64,000 nt of DNA from Macrostomum hystrix (GCA_950097015.1 CATNEN010000038.1:18352001-18416000); one strand, 5' to 3'. Positions 1 to 14,110 are shown, counted from the stretch's first letter. The notes: generated from the letters alone by a model not told the origin. Made by a program: numbers and translations.

Positions 1-724
1 CAGAGGACATGAGAACTGGTGACAGAGGGCATGAGAACTGGTGACAGAGGGCATGAGAACTGGTGACAGAGGGCATGAGAACTGGTGACAGAGGGCATGA
101 GAACTGGTGACAGAGGGCATGAGAACTGGTGACAGAGGACATGAGAACTGGTGACAGAGGGCATGAGAACTGGTGACAGAGGGCATGAGAACTGGTGACA
201 GAGGGCATGAGAACTGGTGACAGAGGGCATGAGAACTGGTGACAGAGGGCATGAGAACTGGTGACAGAGGGCATGAGAACTGGTGACAGAGGGCATGAGA
301 ACTGGTGACAGAGGGCATGAGAACTGGTGACAGAGGGCATGAGAACTGGTGACAGAGGACATGAGAACTGGTGACAGAGGACATGAGAACTGGTGACAGA
401 GGGCATGAGAACTGGTAACAGAGGACATGAGAACTGGTGACAGAGTTCATGAGAACTGGTGATCGATAGAGGGCATGAGAACTGGTAACAGAGGACATGA
501 GAACTGGTGACAGAGTTCATGAGAACTGGTGATCGATAGAGGGCATGAGAACTGGTGACAGATTACATGAGAACTGGTGACAGATTACATGAGAACTGGT
601 GACAGAGGGCATGAGAACTGGTGACAGAGGACTTGAGAACTGGTGACAGAGGACATGAGAACTGGTGACAGAGGACTTGAGAACTGGTGACAGAGGACAT
701 GAGAACTGGTGACAGAGGACTTGA
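1..724. repeat. 22-bp minisatellite (CAGAGGGCATGAGAACTGGTGA)n, truncated by window edge
   Basis: About 33 near-identical tandem units read directly. Confidence 0.97.
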
Positions 725-1607
725 GATCACGTTACTGTACATCATGCGCTAAGTACAATATCAGCTTTTTAATAATAATAGACTAAATCTGGTGCTTGCT
801 AGACCATAGGAGGGAAAAGTGACAAAAGGTAAGTAAATTAGAAGTGCTTTTTAATTATCATTCCATCAAGCGCATTCTCTATATTCATCAACGCTCTGTA
901 AGCCTGCTCAGAAAGCTATAGTTTGAGAACATCTCTTGCAAGCAGATAAGGTTTTGATACGTCTTCTGTACCCTAAAAATGATTTCAGGCGAGCATCGTA
1001 AGAACGCTTCGAAGCAAATCATTTGGAAAAAAACCCTAGAAGACAAGGGAGAGACAGAGACAGGGACTATTTGAATAATTTTTTCTCCTCTTTCTAAGGT
1101 CTGGAAATTTTTTTTAAACCCAAGAGAGTCTCAAACAGCGGCTTTGGCACGTTCAAAGTGTTTGCAGAGTTTGCAGGTCTATCAGCTTTGGGTAGATTGG
1201 GTAGAAAATAAATTGTTTCTACAGCTGAATGTGAATGGCACTTTAATCTCAGGGACTGTGGACGCTCGCGACGGTAACGCACTTACCTAAACTATATGTA
1301 CTGCGAGGATCTTCGGCCTTCGATAAAATGTTCTTCATAGTGTCCAGGGTCTACGACTTATTTTAAAGCCGATTAAACTAAACGATGTACCACCTAGTAA
1401 ATCGGACATTAGGAAGATTAGGAGCCACTACGTACCTTTTCCTTGAACAAAGAAGACGAAGAACACAGAAGGACGGGCAGATGAATTAAGAAAAAAGAAG
1501 ATTAAGCTAAAGTGGCAAGGGCCTAAACGGGAGGGTACAGGATAGGGCAAGGACCTGCAAACTTCGGTCCGGCTCGGAGCTAAAATTGAAACCAAGCCAA
1601 CCTCCAT

Positions 1608-3070
1608 ATCATGTCTCATCTCTCTTTTGTCCCATCTCCCCCGTGTCTCATCTCTCTCACGTGTCTCATCTTTCCTGTGTCTCATCTCTCTCGTATCTCA
1701 TCTTTCCTGTGTCCCATCTCCCCCGTGTCTCATCTCTCTCACGTGTCTCATCTTTCCTGTGTCTCATCTCTCTCGTATCTCATCTTTCCTGTGTCCCATC
1801 TCCACCGTGTCTCATCTCTCTCACGTGTCTCATCTTTCCTGTGTCTCATCTCTCTCGTATCTCATCTTTCCTGTGTCTCATCTCTCTCTTGTCCCATCTC
1901 TCCCGTGTCTCATCTTTCCTGTGTCTCATCTCTCTCTTGTCCCATCTCCCCCGTGTCTCATCTCTCTCTTGTCCCATCTCGCCCGTGTCTCATCTCTCCG
2001 TATCTCATCTCTCGATTGTCTCAATTCTCGATTGTCCCATCTCCCCCGTATCTCATCTCTCTCTTGTCCCATCCCTCCGTATCTCATCTCTGCCGTGTCT
2101 TGTCTCTCCCCCATGTCTCATCTCTTCCATGTCTCATCTCCCCCGTGTCTCATCTCTACCGTATCTCATCTCTCCCGTATCTCATCTCTCCCGTGTCTCA
2201 TCTCTCCCCGTGTCTCATCTCTCCCCGTGTCTCATCTCTCCGTATCTCATCTCTCGATTGTCCCATCTCCCCCGTATCTCATCTCTCTCTTGTCCCATCC
2301 CTCCGTATCTCATCTCTGCCGTATCTTGTCTCTCCCCCATGCCTCATCTCTTCCATGTCTCATCTCTACCGTATCTCATCTCTACCGTATCTCATCTCTC
2401 CCGTATCTATCTCTCCCCGTGTCTCATCTCTCCCCGTGTCTCATCTCTCCCCGTGTCTCATCTCTCCCGTATCTCATCTCTCCCGTATCTCATCTCTCCC
2501 GTATCTCATCGCTCCCGTATCTCATCGCTCCCTATCTCATCTCTCCCGTATCTCATCGCTCCCGTATCTCATCGCTCCCGTATCTCATCTCTCCCGTATC
2601 TCATCTCTCCGTATCTCATCTCTCCCGTATCTCATCTCTCCGTATCTCATCTCTCGATTGTCTCAATTCTCGATTGTCCCATCTCCCCCGTATCTCATCT
2701 CTCTCTTGTCCCATCCCTCCGTATCTCATCTCTGCCGTGTCTTGTCTCTCCCCCATGTCTCATCTCTTCCATGTCTCATCTCCCCCGTGTCTCATCTCTA
2801 CCGTATCTCATCTCTCCCGTATCTCATCTCTCCCGTGTCTCATCTCTCCCGTATCTCATCTCTCCCGTATCTCATCTCTCCCGTATCTCATCGCTCCCGT
2901 ATCTCATCGCTCCCTATCTCATCTCTCCCGTATCTCATCGCTCCCGTATCTCATCGCTCCCGTATCTCATCTCTCCCGTATCTCATCGCTCCCGTATCTC
3001 ATCGCTCCCGTATCTCAGCTCCCCCTATCTTATCTCTCTCTGTCTAATTCCTCCCCTGTCTCATCTCTCC
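1608..3070. repeat. Degenerate pyrimidine-rich minisatellite (core GT[GA]TCTCATCTCTCCC, ~16-18 bp)
   Basis: Repeated TCTCATCTCTC core; the ~500-aa ORFs in all three + frames are repeat artefacts. Confidence 0.93.
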
Positions 3071-3877
3071 GTAAGTTATTGCTATTACCAACCTGTAACT
3101 TTCTCCTCTCGTCTAATTTAAAGACACAATGAAACACATCTTTGATTTGAGATGTCTACAAGTTTAACAGAGTCTCTGTTGTTGACTGCGCACTGCGTAC
3201 AGCTATGAGCTAAGGGTCTTGCAAATGCCGAAGGCCTTACAAGCGTTGGCTCCAACAAACTTTCGTAAGCAAGAATAAGGAGCGGGGAAAGTCTAGACCA
3301 AGGCATTGCACACAGAGTCAATCAGTAAAATCCACTCTTCTGTGGGGATTAAATCCTACTTGACAAAAGGCTCAATCAATGCGGCGGAGATCGACCAGGA
3401 AATCAAAGGTTACACGCCTGGGCAACGCTCTGTACAGTACATTCTTGGAATCCATTTTGCTCAATTTGGTACGAGACACAGACTGCAGGACAGAAATAGA
3501 GAGAAAGAGAGAGAACGCCTCAATCCCCAAAGGTACAGGCGCAGTGACGCAAGCCACACAGAGAGAATAATTTAAATTCAAGCTGCCGATATTTCGAATT
3601 CGTTTGATTTCATTTTTCAGTGCCACAGGAGAGAGACAGAGAGACTATGGAGACTGGGAGGATTGAAGAGAAAATGAAAGGAGTTTTTTTGCTCGAAAAA
3701 ATCTGGACTACGGCACGTTAATAAAGCGCCACTTTTTTTAACTCTGATAGTCGGCTAAGTCGGCGAAGTCTCGTAATTTCTCATTAAAAATAGTCACTAA
3801 TAAAATTCACCAGCCCCAGCACAGCAGCCGCTATATAATAATATAATAGATAATAATAATAATATAATAATACTCAC

Positions 3878-6800
3878 CGGGACTCTTTCGGATACTGTCC
3901 GACTAACCAGTCGATTTCGAACATGTAATTAAACTGAAAAAACATCCAATTGCTTTTACCTATAGTTTAAATGCGATTAGTAGATAACGGGTCACAAAAA
4001 ACCCTCTCACCTGAATGGACTCTAATAGCTTTCCAGGATGATTCGAAATTATATCTGGGAATAAAAAAACAAAAAATAGACATAAAAATCCTAGCGTACT
4101 ACTGATAAGTAGGCAAGAAAGAATATGAAAGTACTTTTGTAGAAATTATACCTCTGAGATTATAGGCGGTGAATCTTCCAGAAGACATGTCCTCAGAAAT
4201 TCCAGAAACCTTTGTCAGGTAGAGTCCAAAATCTATTTTTGAGTTGTGCTGCCGCTGCCGCTGCTGCTGCTGTATGCCTACGAAAATTTAGTTAACCATC
4301 ATTCGAAACGTACGTGTAAGACGCACATTTTTTGCACTAGTACTCAAAGAAATCTCACCCTGTTTGATACTTTTCTTCAAAGTCTCACCCTGTTTGATAC
4401 TGTTCTTCAAAGTCTCACCCTGTTTGATACTGTTCTTCAAAGTCTCACCCTGTCTGATACTTTTCTTCAAAGTCTCACCCTGTTTGATACTGTTCTTCAA
4501 AGTCTCACCCTGTCTGATACTTTTCTTCAAAGTCTCACCCTGTTTGATACTGTTCTTCAAAGTCTCACCCTGTTTGATACTGTTCTTCAAAGTCTCACCC
4601 TGTTTGATACTGTTCTTCAAAGTCTCACCCTGTCTGATACTTTTCTTCAAAGTCTCACCCTGTTTGATACTGTTCTTCAAAATCTCACCCTGTTTGATAC
4701 TGTTCTTCAAAATCTCACCCTGTTTGATACTGTTCTTCAAAATCTCACCCTGTTTGATACTGTTCTTCAAAATCTCACCCTGTTTGATACTGTTCTTCAA
4801 AATCTCACCCTGTTTGATACTGTTCTTCAAAGTCTCACCCTGTTTGATACTGTTCTTCAAAGTCTCACCCTGTTTGATACTGTTCTTCAAAGTCTCACCC
4901 TGTCTGATACTGTTCTTCAAAGTCTCACCCTGTTTGATACTGTTCTTCAAAATCTCACCCTGTTTGATACTGTTCTTCAAAGTCTCACCCTGTTTGATAC
5001 TGTTCTTCAAAGTCTCACCCTGTTTGATACTGTTCTTCAAAGTCTCACCCTGTCTGATACTTTTCTTCAAAATCTCACCCTGTTTGATACTGTTCTTCAA
5101 AGTCTCACCCTGTTTGATACTGTTCTTCAAAGTCTCACCCTGTTTGATACTGTTCTTCAAAGTCTCACCCTGTTTGATACTGTTCTTCAAAGTCTCACCC
5201 TGTTTGATACTGTTCTTCAAAGTCTCACCCTGTTTGATACTGTTCTTCAAAGTCTCACCCTGTCTGATACTTTTCTTCAAAGTCTCACCCTGTTTGATAC
5301 TGTTCTTCAAAATCTCACCCTGTTTGATACTGTTCTTCAAAATCTCACCCTGTTTGATACTTTTCTTCAAAATCTCACCCTGTTTGATACTGTTCTTCAA
5401 AGTCTCACCCTGTTTGATACTGTTCTTCAAAATCTCACCCTGTTTGATACCTTTCTTCAAAATCTCACCCTGTTTGATACTGTTCTTCAAAATCTCACCC
5501 TGTTTGATACTGTTCTTCAAAATCTCACCCTGTTTGATACTGTTCTTCAAAATCTCACCCTGTTTGATACTGTTCTTCAAAGTCTCACCCTGTTTGATAC
5601 TGTTCTTCAAAGTCTCACCCTGTCTGATACTTTTCTTCAAAGTCTCACCCTGTTTGATACTGTTCTTCAAAGTCTCACCCTGTCTGATACTGTTCTTCAA
5701 AGTCTCACCCTGTTTGATACTGATCTTCAAAGTCTCACCCTGTCTGATACTTTTCTTCAAAGTCTCACCCTGTTTGATACTGTTCTTCAAAGTCTCACCC
5801 TGTCTGATACTTTTCTTCAAAGTCTCACCCAGTTTGATACTGTTCTTCAAAGTCTCACCCTGTCTGATACTTTTCTTCAAAGTCTCACCCTGTTTGATAC
5901 TGTTCTTCAAAATCTCACCCTGTTTGATACTGTTCTTCAAAATCTCACCCTGTTTGATACTGTTCTTCAAAATCTCACCCTGTTTGATACTGTTCTTCAA
6001 AATCTCACCCTGTTTGATACTGTTCTTCAAAATCTCACCCTGTTTGATACTGTTCTTCAAAGTCTCACCCTGTCTGATACTTTTCTTCAAAGTCTCACCC
6101 TGTTTGATACTGTTCTTCAAAGTCTCACCCTGTTTGATACTGTTCTTCAAAGTCTCACCCTGTTTGATACTGTTCTTCAAAGTCTCACCCTGTTTGATAC
6201 TGTTCTTCAAAGTCTCACCCTGTTTGATACTGTTCTTCAAAGTCTCACCCTGTCTGATACTTTTCTTCAAAATCTCACCCTGTTTGATACCTTTCTTCAA
6301 AATCTCACCCTGTTTGATACCTTTCTTCAAAATCTCACCCTGTTTGATACTGTTCTTCAAAATCTCACCCTGTTTGATACTGTTCTTCAAAGTCTCACCC
6401 TGTTTGATACTGTTCTTCAAAGTCTCACCCTGTTTGATACTGTTCTTCAAAGTCTCACCCTGTTTGATACTGTTCTTCAAAGTCTCACCCTGTTTGATAC
6501 TGTTCTTCAAAGTCTCACCCTGTTTGATACTGTTCTTCAAAGTCTCACCCTGTTTGATACTGTTCTTCAAAGTCTCACCCTGTTTGATACTTTTCTTCAA
6601 AATCTCACTCTGTTTGATACCTTTCTTCAAAGTCTCACCCTGTTTGATACTGTTCTTCAAAGTCTCACCCTGTTTGATACTGTTCTTCAAAATCTCACCC
6701 TGTTTGATACTTTTCTTCAAAATCTCACTCTGTTTGATACTGTTCTTCAAAGTCTCACCCTGTTTGATACTGTTCTTCAAAGTCTCACCCTGTTTGATAC

Positions 6801-8428
6801 TGTTCTTCAAAGTCTCACCCTGTTTGATACTGTTCTTCAAAGTCTCACCCTGTTTGATACTGTTCTTCAAAATCTCACCCTGTTTGATACTTTTCTTCAA
6901 AATCTCACTCTGTTTGATACTGTTCTTCAAAGTCTCACCCTGTTTGATACTGTTCTTCAAAGTCTCACCCTGTTTGATACTGTTCTTCAAAGTCTCACCC
7001 TGTTTGATACTGTTCTTCAAAATCTTACCCTGTTTGATACTGTTCTTCAAAATCTCACCCTGTTTGATACTTTTTTTTCAAAATCTCATCCTGTTTGATA
7101 CTTTTCTTCAAAATCTCACCCTGTTTGATACTTTTCTTCAAAATCTCACCCTGTTTGATACTTTTCTTCAAAATCTCATCCTGTTTGATACTTTTCTTCA
7201 AAATCTCACCCTGTTTGATACTGTTCTTCAAAATCTCACCCTGTTTGATACTGTTCTTCAAAATCTCACCCTGTTTGATACTGTTCTTCAAAGTCTCACC
7301 CTGTTTGATACTGTTCTTCAAAATCTCACCCTGTTTGATACTGTTCTTCAAAATCTCACCCTGTTTGATACTTTTTTTTCAAAATCTCATCCTGTTTGAT
7401 ACTTTTCTTCAAAATCTCACCCTGTTTGATACTTTTCTTCAAAATCTCACCCTGTTTGATACTTTTCTTCAAAATCTCATCCTGTTTGATACTTTTCTTC
7501 AAAATCTCACCCTGTTTGATACTTTTCTTCAAAGTCTCACCCTGTTTGATACTGTTCTTCAAAGTCTCACCCTGTCTGATACTTTTCTTCAAAGTCTCAC
7601 CCTGTTTGATACTGTTCTTCAAAGTCTCACCCTGTTTGATACTGTTCTTCAAAGTCTCACCCTGTTTGATACTGTTCTTCAAAGTCTCACCCTGTCTGAT
7701 ACTTTTCTTCAAAGTCTCACCCTGTTTGATACTGTTCTTCAAAATCTCACCCTGTTTGATACTGTTCTTCAAAGTCTCACCCTGTTTGATACTGTTCTTC
7801 AAAGTCTCACCCTGTCTGATACTTTTCTTCAAAATCTCACCCTGTTTGATACCTTTCTTCAAAATCTCACCCTGTTTGATACTGTTCTTCAAAATCTCAC
7901 CCTGTTTGATACTGTTCTTCAAAATCTCACCCTGTTTGATACTGTTCTTCAAAATCTCACCCTGTTTGATACTGTTCTTCAAAATCTCACCCTGTTTGAT
8001 ACTGTTCTTCAAAATCTCACCCTGTTTGATACTGTTCTTCAAAGTCTCACCCTGTTTGATACCTTTCTTCAAAATCTCACCCTGTTTGATACCTTTCTTC
8101 AAAATCTCACCCTGTTTGATACCTTTCTTCAAAATCTCACTAAATCAAACGAAACGAAACGAGATTCTTCTCCCAGCGAGAACATACCTTGAGTGTCTGG
8201 AGTTGAATTCATCACTTCGTCGGCAGCCGACAAGCGTGACTTTTTGTTCTTGTTAGTTTTTGACTTGGTTGTTACGCAATCTGATTCGGAGTCTGAGTCC
8301 GACACAGCCTGACTCGAGTAGTGCCGCTTAAACGCAAACGCCACCTTAATGTCAGCAGGCGAATCTTCTTCTTCTGATCTGCTCAAGTCGTCGCTAGAGG
8401 CTGGTCTCGATTGAGAGGAAGACGCCAT
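3878..8428 (-). CDS. TDP1: Tyrosyl-DNA phosphodiesterase 1, 5' exons: 8428-8188, 4277-4152, 4054-4011, 3933-3878; remainder not found in window
   Basis: GT-AG introns in phases 1,1,0,2. Spliced peptide ...FGLYLTKVSGISEDMSSGRFTAYNLRDIISNHPGKLLESIQFNYMFEIDWLVGQYPKESR matches the TDP1 segment recalled as FYLTRVSG...IKDIL...SAQFNYCFDVDWLVKQYP; acidic/Ser-rich N-terminus. Confidence 0.88.
4351..8140. repeat. 30-bp minisatellite A (A[AG]TCTCACCCTGTTTGATACTGTTCTTCAA)n, ~126 copies, filling TDP1 intron 1
   Basis: Highly homogeneous 30-bp period; starts ~47 nt after the donor (8187) and ends ~73 nt before the acceptor (4278). Confidence 0.98.
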
Positions 8429-8639
8429 TTTGACAGGAAATGCGTTGAAGATAAATTTTTCCTAGAAAATACGCTCGTAATTGCTTTATTTTTTGTTTTG
8501 CGACTGGCACTGGAATATTCAGGTCGATGGTTTCCTATAATTTTACTTTTATTTATTAAAATACCATGTGTCACCTAATTGTTAAGTAGAGTTTAGAGGG
8601 CCGATTGGAAAGTGAGTTCGAAGAGTTGACTGGTCGGAA

Positions 8640-11600
8640 AGGGAATTTTGGGAGTTTGGGAAGTTTATTGGTAGGGAAGGGGAGTTTTAGGAAGTTGATT
8701 ATTAAGGAAGGGGAGTTTGGGAAGTTGATTATTAAGGAAGGGGAGTTTTGGGAAGTTGATTAGTAGGGAAGGGGAGTTTGGGAAGTTGATTAGTAGGGAA
8801 GGGGAGTTTTAGGAAGTTGATTATTAAGGAAGGGGAGTTTTAGGAAGTTGATTATTAAGGAAGGGGAGTTTGGGAAGTTGATTATTAAGGAAGGGGAGTT
8901 TTGGGAAGTTGATTATTAAGGGAGTTTAGGAAGTTGATTAGTAGGGAAGGGGGGTTTTGGGAAGTTGATTATTAAGGAAGGGAGTTTAGGAAGTTGATTA
9001 GTAGGGAAGGGGAGTTTGGGAAGTTGATTAGTAGGGAAGGGGAGTTTTAGGAAGTTGATTATTAAGGAAGGGGAGTTTTAGGAAGTTGATTATTAAGGAA
9101 GGGGAGTTTGGGAAGTTGATTATTAAGGAAGGGGAGTTTTGGGAAGTTGATTATTAAGGGAGTTTAGGAAGTTGATTAGTAGGGAAGGGGGGTTTTGGGA
9201 AGTTGATTATTAAGGAAGGGGAGTTTTGGGAAGTTGATTATTAAGGAAGGGAGTTTGGTAAGTTGATTATTAAGGAAGGGGAGTTGGGGAAGTTGATTAT
9301 TAAGGAAGGGGAGTTTGGGAAGTTGATTATTAAGGAAGGGGAGTTGGGGAAGTTGATTATTAAGGAAGGGGAGTTGGGGAAGTTGATTATTAAGGAAGGG
9401 GAGTTGGGGAAGTTGATTATTAAGGAAGGGGAGTTTGGGAAGTTGATTATTAAGGAAGGGGAGTTTGGGAAGTTGATTATTAAGGAAGGGGAGTTTTGGG
9501 AAGTTGATTATTAAGGAAGGGGAGTTGGGGAAGTTGATTATTAAGGAAGGGGAGTTGGGGAAGTTGATTATTAAGGAAGGGGAGTTTTGGGAAGTTGATT
9601 ATTAAGGAAGGGGAGTTGGGGAAGTTGATTATTAAGGAAGGGGAGTTTGGGAAGTTGATTATTAAGGAAGGGGAGTTTTGGGAAGTTGATTATTAAGGAA
9701 GGGGAGTTTTGGGAAGTTGATTATTAAGGAAGGGGAGTTGGGGAAGTTGATTATTAAGGAAGGGGAGTTTGGGAAGTTGATTATTAAGGAAGGGGAGTTT
9801 GGGAAGTTGATTATTAAGGAAGGGGAGTTTTGGGAAGTTGATTATTAAGGAAGGGGAGTTTTGGGAAGTTGATTATTAAGGAAGGGGAGTTGGGGAAGTT
9901 GATTATTAAGGAAGGGGAGTTGGGGAAGTTGATTATTAAGGAAGGGGAGTTGGGGAAGTTGATTATTAAGGAAGGGGAGTTTTGGGAAGTTGATTATTAA
10001 GGAAGGGGAGTTGGGGAAGTTGATTATTAAGGAAGGGGAGTTTGGGAAGTTGATTATTAAGGAAGGGGAGTTTTGGGAAGTTGATTATTAAAGAAGGGAG
10101 TTTAGGAAGTTGATTATTAAGGAAGGGGAGTTTGGGAAGTTGATTATTAAGGAAGGGGAGTTTGGGAAGTTGATTATTAAGGAAGGGGAGTTTGGGAAGT
10201 TGATTATTAAGGAAGGGGAGTTTGGGAAGTTCATTATTAAGGAAGGGGAGTTTGGGAAGTTCATTATTAAGGAAGGGGAGTTTGGGAAGTTCATTATTAA
10301 GGAGGAGGAGTTTGGGATTTTGATTATTAAGGAAGGGGAGTTTTGGGAAGTTGGTTATTAAGGAAGGGGAGTTTTGGGAAGTTGATTATTAAGGAAGGGG
10401 AGTTGGGGAAGTTGATTATTAAGGAAGGGGAGTTTGGGAAGTTGATTATTAAGGAAGGGGAGTTTTGGGAAGTTGATTATTAAGGAAGGGAGTTTAGGAA
10501 GTTGATTATTAAGGAAGGGGAGTTTGGGAAGTTGATTATTAAGGAAGGGGAGTTTGGGAAGTTGATTATTAAGGAAGGGGAGTTTGGGAAGTTGATTATT
10601 AAGGAAGGGGAGTTTGGGAAGTTCATTATTAAGGAAGGGGAGTTTGGGAAGTTCATTATTAAAGAAGGGGAGTTTGGGAAGTTGATTATTAAGGAAGGGG
10701 AGTTTTGGGAAGTTGATTAGTAGGGAAGGGGAGTTTTGGGAAGTTGATTAGTAGGGAAGGGGAGTTTGGGAAGTTGATTATTAAGGAAGGGAGTTTAGGA
10801 AGTTGATTAGTAGGGAAGGGGAGTTTTAGGAAGTTGATTATTAAGGAAGGGGAGTTTGGGAAGTTGATTAGTAGGGAAGGGGAGTTTGGGAAGTTGATTA
10901 GTAGGGAAGGGGAGTTTTGGGAAGTTGATTAGTAGGGAAGGGGAGTTTGGGAAGTTGATTATTAAGGAAGGGGAGTTTGGGAAGTTGGTTATTAAGGAAG
11001 AGGAGTTTGGGAAGTTGATTATTAAGGAAGGGGAGTTTGGGAAGTTCATTATTAAGGAGGAGGAGTTTGGGATTTTGATTATTAAGGAAGGGAGTTTAGG
11101 AAGTTGATTAGTAGGGAAGGGGAGTTTTAGGAAGTTGATTAGTAGGGAAGGGGAGTTTGGGAAGTTCATTATTAAGGAGGAGGAGTTTGGGATTTTGATT
11201 ATTAAGGAAGGGGAGTTTTGGGAAGTTGATTAGTAGGGAAGGGGAGTTTGGGAAGTTGATTATTAAGGAAGGGGAGTTTGGGAAGTTGGTTATTAAGGAA
11301 GAGGAGTTTGGGAAGTTGATTATTAAGGAAGGGGAGTTTGGGAAGTTGATTATTAAGGAAGAGGAGTTTGGGAAGTTGATTATTAAGGAAGGGGAGTTTG
11401 GGAAGTTGGTTATTAAGGAAGAGGAGTTTGGGAAGTTGATTATTAAGGAAGGGGAGTTTTGGGAAGTTGGTTATTAAAGGAAGAGGAGTTTGGGAAGTTG
11501 ATTATTAAGGAAGGGGAGTTTGGGAAGTTGATTATTAAGGAAGAGGAGTTTGGGAAGTTGATTATTAAGGAAGGGGAGTTTGGGAAGTTGGTTATTAAGG

Positions 11601-13338
11601 AAGAGGAGTTTGGGAAGTTGATTATTAAGGAAGGGGAGTTTTGGGAAGTTGATTATTAAGGAAGGGGAGTTGGGGAAGTTGATTATTAAGGAAGGGAGTT
11701 TAGGAAGTTTATTAGTAAGGAAGGGGAGTTTGGGAAGTTGGTTATTAAGGAAGAGGAGTTTGGGAAGTTGATTATTAAGGAAGGGGAGTTTGGGAAGTTC
11801 ATTATTAAGGAGGAGGAGTTTGGGATTTTGATTATTAAGGAAGGGGAGTTTTGGGAAGTTGATTAGTAGGGAAGGGAGTTTAGGAAGTTGATTAGTAAGG
11901 AAGGGGAGTTTTAGGAAGTTGATTATTAAGGAAGGGGAGTTTTGGGAAGTTGATTATTAAGGAAGGGGAGTTGGGGAAGTTGATTATTAAGGAAGGGGAG
12001 TTTGGGAAGTTCATTATTAAGGAGGAGGAGTTTGGGATTTTGATTATTAAGGAAGGGGAGTTTTGGGAAGTTGATTAGTAGGGAAGGGGAGTTTTGGGAA
12101 GTTGATTATTAAGGAAGGGGAGTTTTGGGAAGTTGATTATTAAGGAAGGGGAGTTTGGGAAGTTGATTATTAAGGAAGGGGAGTTGGGGAAGTTGATTAT
12201 TAAGGAAGGGGAGTTTGGGAAGTTGATTATTAAGGAAGGGGAGTTTGGGAAGTTGATTATTAAGGAAGGGGAGTTTGGGAAGTTGATTAGTAGGGAAGAG
12301 GACTTTGTTAAGTTGATTATTAAGGAAGGGGAGTTTGGGAAGTTGATTATTAAGGAAGAGGACTTTGGTAAGTTGATTATTAAGGAAGGGGAGTTTGGGA
12401 AGTTGATTATTAAGGAAGGGGAGTTTGGGAAGTTGATTATTAAGGAAGGGGAGTTTGGGAAGTTGATTATTAAGGAAGGGGAGTTTGGGAAGTTGATTAT
12501 TAAGGAAGGGGAGTTTTAGGAAGTTGATTATTAAGGAAGGGGAGTTTTGGGAAGTTGATTATTAAGGAAGGGGAGTTGGGGAAGTTGATTATTAAGGAAG
12601 GGTAGTTTGGGAAGTTCATTATTAAGGAAGGGGAGTTGGGGAAGTTGATTATTAAGGAAGGGGAGTTTGGGAAGTTCATTATTAAGGAGGAGGAGTTTGG
12701 GATTTTGATTATTAAGGAAGGGGAGTTTTGGGAAGTTGATTAGTAGGGAAGGGGAGTTTTGGGAAGTTGATTATTAAGGAAGGGGAGTTTTGGGAAGTTG
12801 ATTATTAAGGAAGGGGAGTTTGGGAAGTTGATTATTAAGGAAGGGGAGTTTGGGAAGTTGATTATTAAGGAAGGGGAGTTTGGGAAGTTGATTATTAAGG
12901 AAGGGGAGTTTGGGAAGTTGATTAGTAGGGAAGAGGACTTTGTTAAGTTGATTATTAAGGAAGGGGAGTTTGGGAAGTTGATTATTAAGGAAGAGGACTT
13001 TGGTAAGTTGATTATTAAGGAAGGGGAGTTTGGGAAGTTGATTATTAAGGAAGGGGAGTTTGGGAAGTTGATTATTAAGGAAGGGGAGTTTGGGAAGTTG
13101 ATTATTAAGGAAGGGGAGTTTGGGAAGTTGATTATTAAGGAAGGGGAGTTTGGGAAGTTGATTATTAAGGAAGGGGAGTTTGGGATTTTGATTATTAAGG
13201 AAGAGGAGTTTGGGAAGTTGATTATTAAGGAAGGGGAGTTTGGGAAGTTGATTATTAAGGAAGGGGAGTTTGGGAAGTTGATTATTAAGGAAGGGGAGTT
13301 TTGTGAAGTTGATTAGTAGGGAAGGGGAGTTTGGGAAG
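8640..13338. repeat. ~30-bp G-rich minisatellite B (GGGAAGTTGATTATTAAGGAAGGGGAGTTT)n, between NKRF-like 3' end and TDP1 start
   Basis: About 150-160 units of 29-31 bp with homopolymer length variants. Confidence 0.97.
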
Positions 13339-13844
13339 CTTGCTTGCAAAAGTTTCGCTAAGATTAATGAATGTGCCAAATTTTACTGTTGTCAATTGAA
13401 AAAACTAGTTTACTAGTTACTAAGCTTGTCAGCAAATAACTGAGTCAGCAAAGGCCAATAAAATGCTTAGCTGTTTTTTTCATAAATTATCAGTTAGAAG
13501 CTGAAACGAGTAACTGCATTGTTGCACAATTGTGCCTTGCCGATATAATTAAACCCCTAGATACAGTAAACGTAGGACCCCACAGTCTCAGTGCCACAAC
13601 AGCCTATTTAAATGTAATTAAAAAAACGGGACATTGCATGGTTTAACATTAACAATGTATTACAATCAACCTTATTAGAAAATATATTAGAGTCACACTA
13701 CAGTACATGTTTGTATGTACTTAACAAGACAAAGAGAAGCCGTTAAACTTCATGAATTATTTTTAAATACAATAATAAATGAATGCAGCCAGTGTTAACA
13801 CTAATTGACTAACTGAATATTCTAATCCCTAAGTCCCATAATCT

Positions 13845-14110
13845 CTGATCATTCAGCCCTATAATCCCTGATCATTCAGCCCTATAATCCCTGATCATTC
13901 AGCCCTATAATCCCTGATCATTCAGCCCTATAATCCCTGATCATTCAGCCCTATAATCCCTGATCATTCAGTCCTTTAATCCCTGATTATTCAGTCCTTT
14001 AATCAATCCCTGATCATTCAGCCCTATAATCCCTGATCATTCAGCCCTATAATCCCTGATCATTCCGTCCAAACATAACCGATTATATAATAGTCCAATA
14101 ATCCTTGATC
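13845..14110 (+). repeat. 23-bp minisatellite C (CCCTATAATCCCTGATCATTCAG)n
   Basis: About 10 tandem copies downstream of the NKRF-like stop codon. Confidence 0.93.

Noticed and set aside
1586-3132. Three overlapping ~500-aa ORFs
   Set aside because: Stop-poor pyrimidine-rich repeat open in all + frames; no protein features
4246-8256. 900-1000 aa ORFs on both strands
   Set aside because: Translations of a 30-bp repeat lying inside a phase-consistent TDP1 intron
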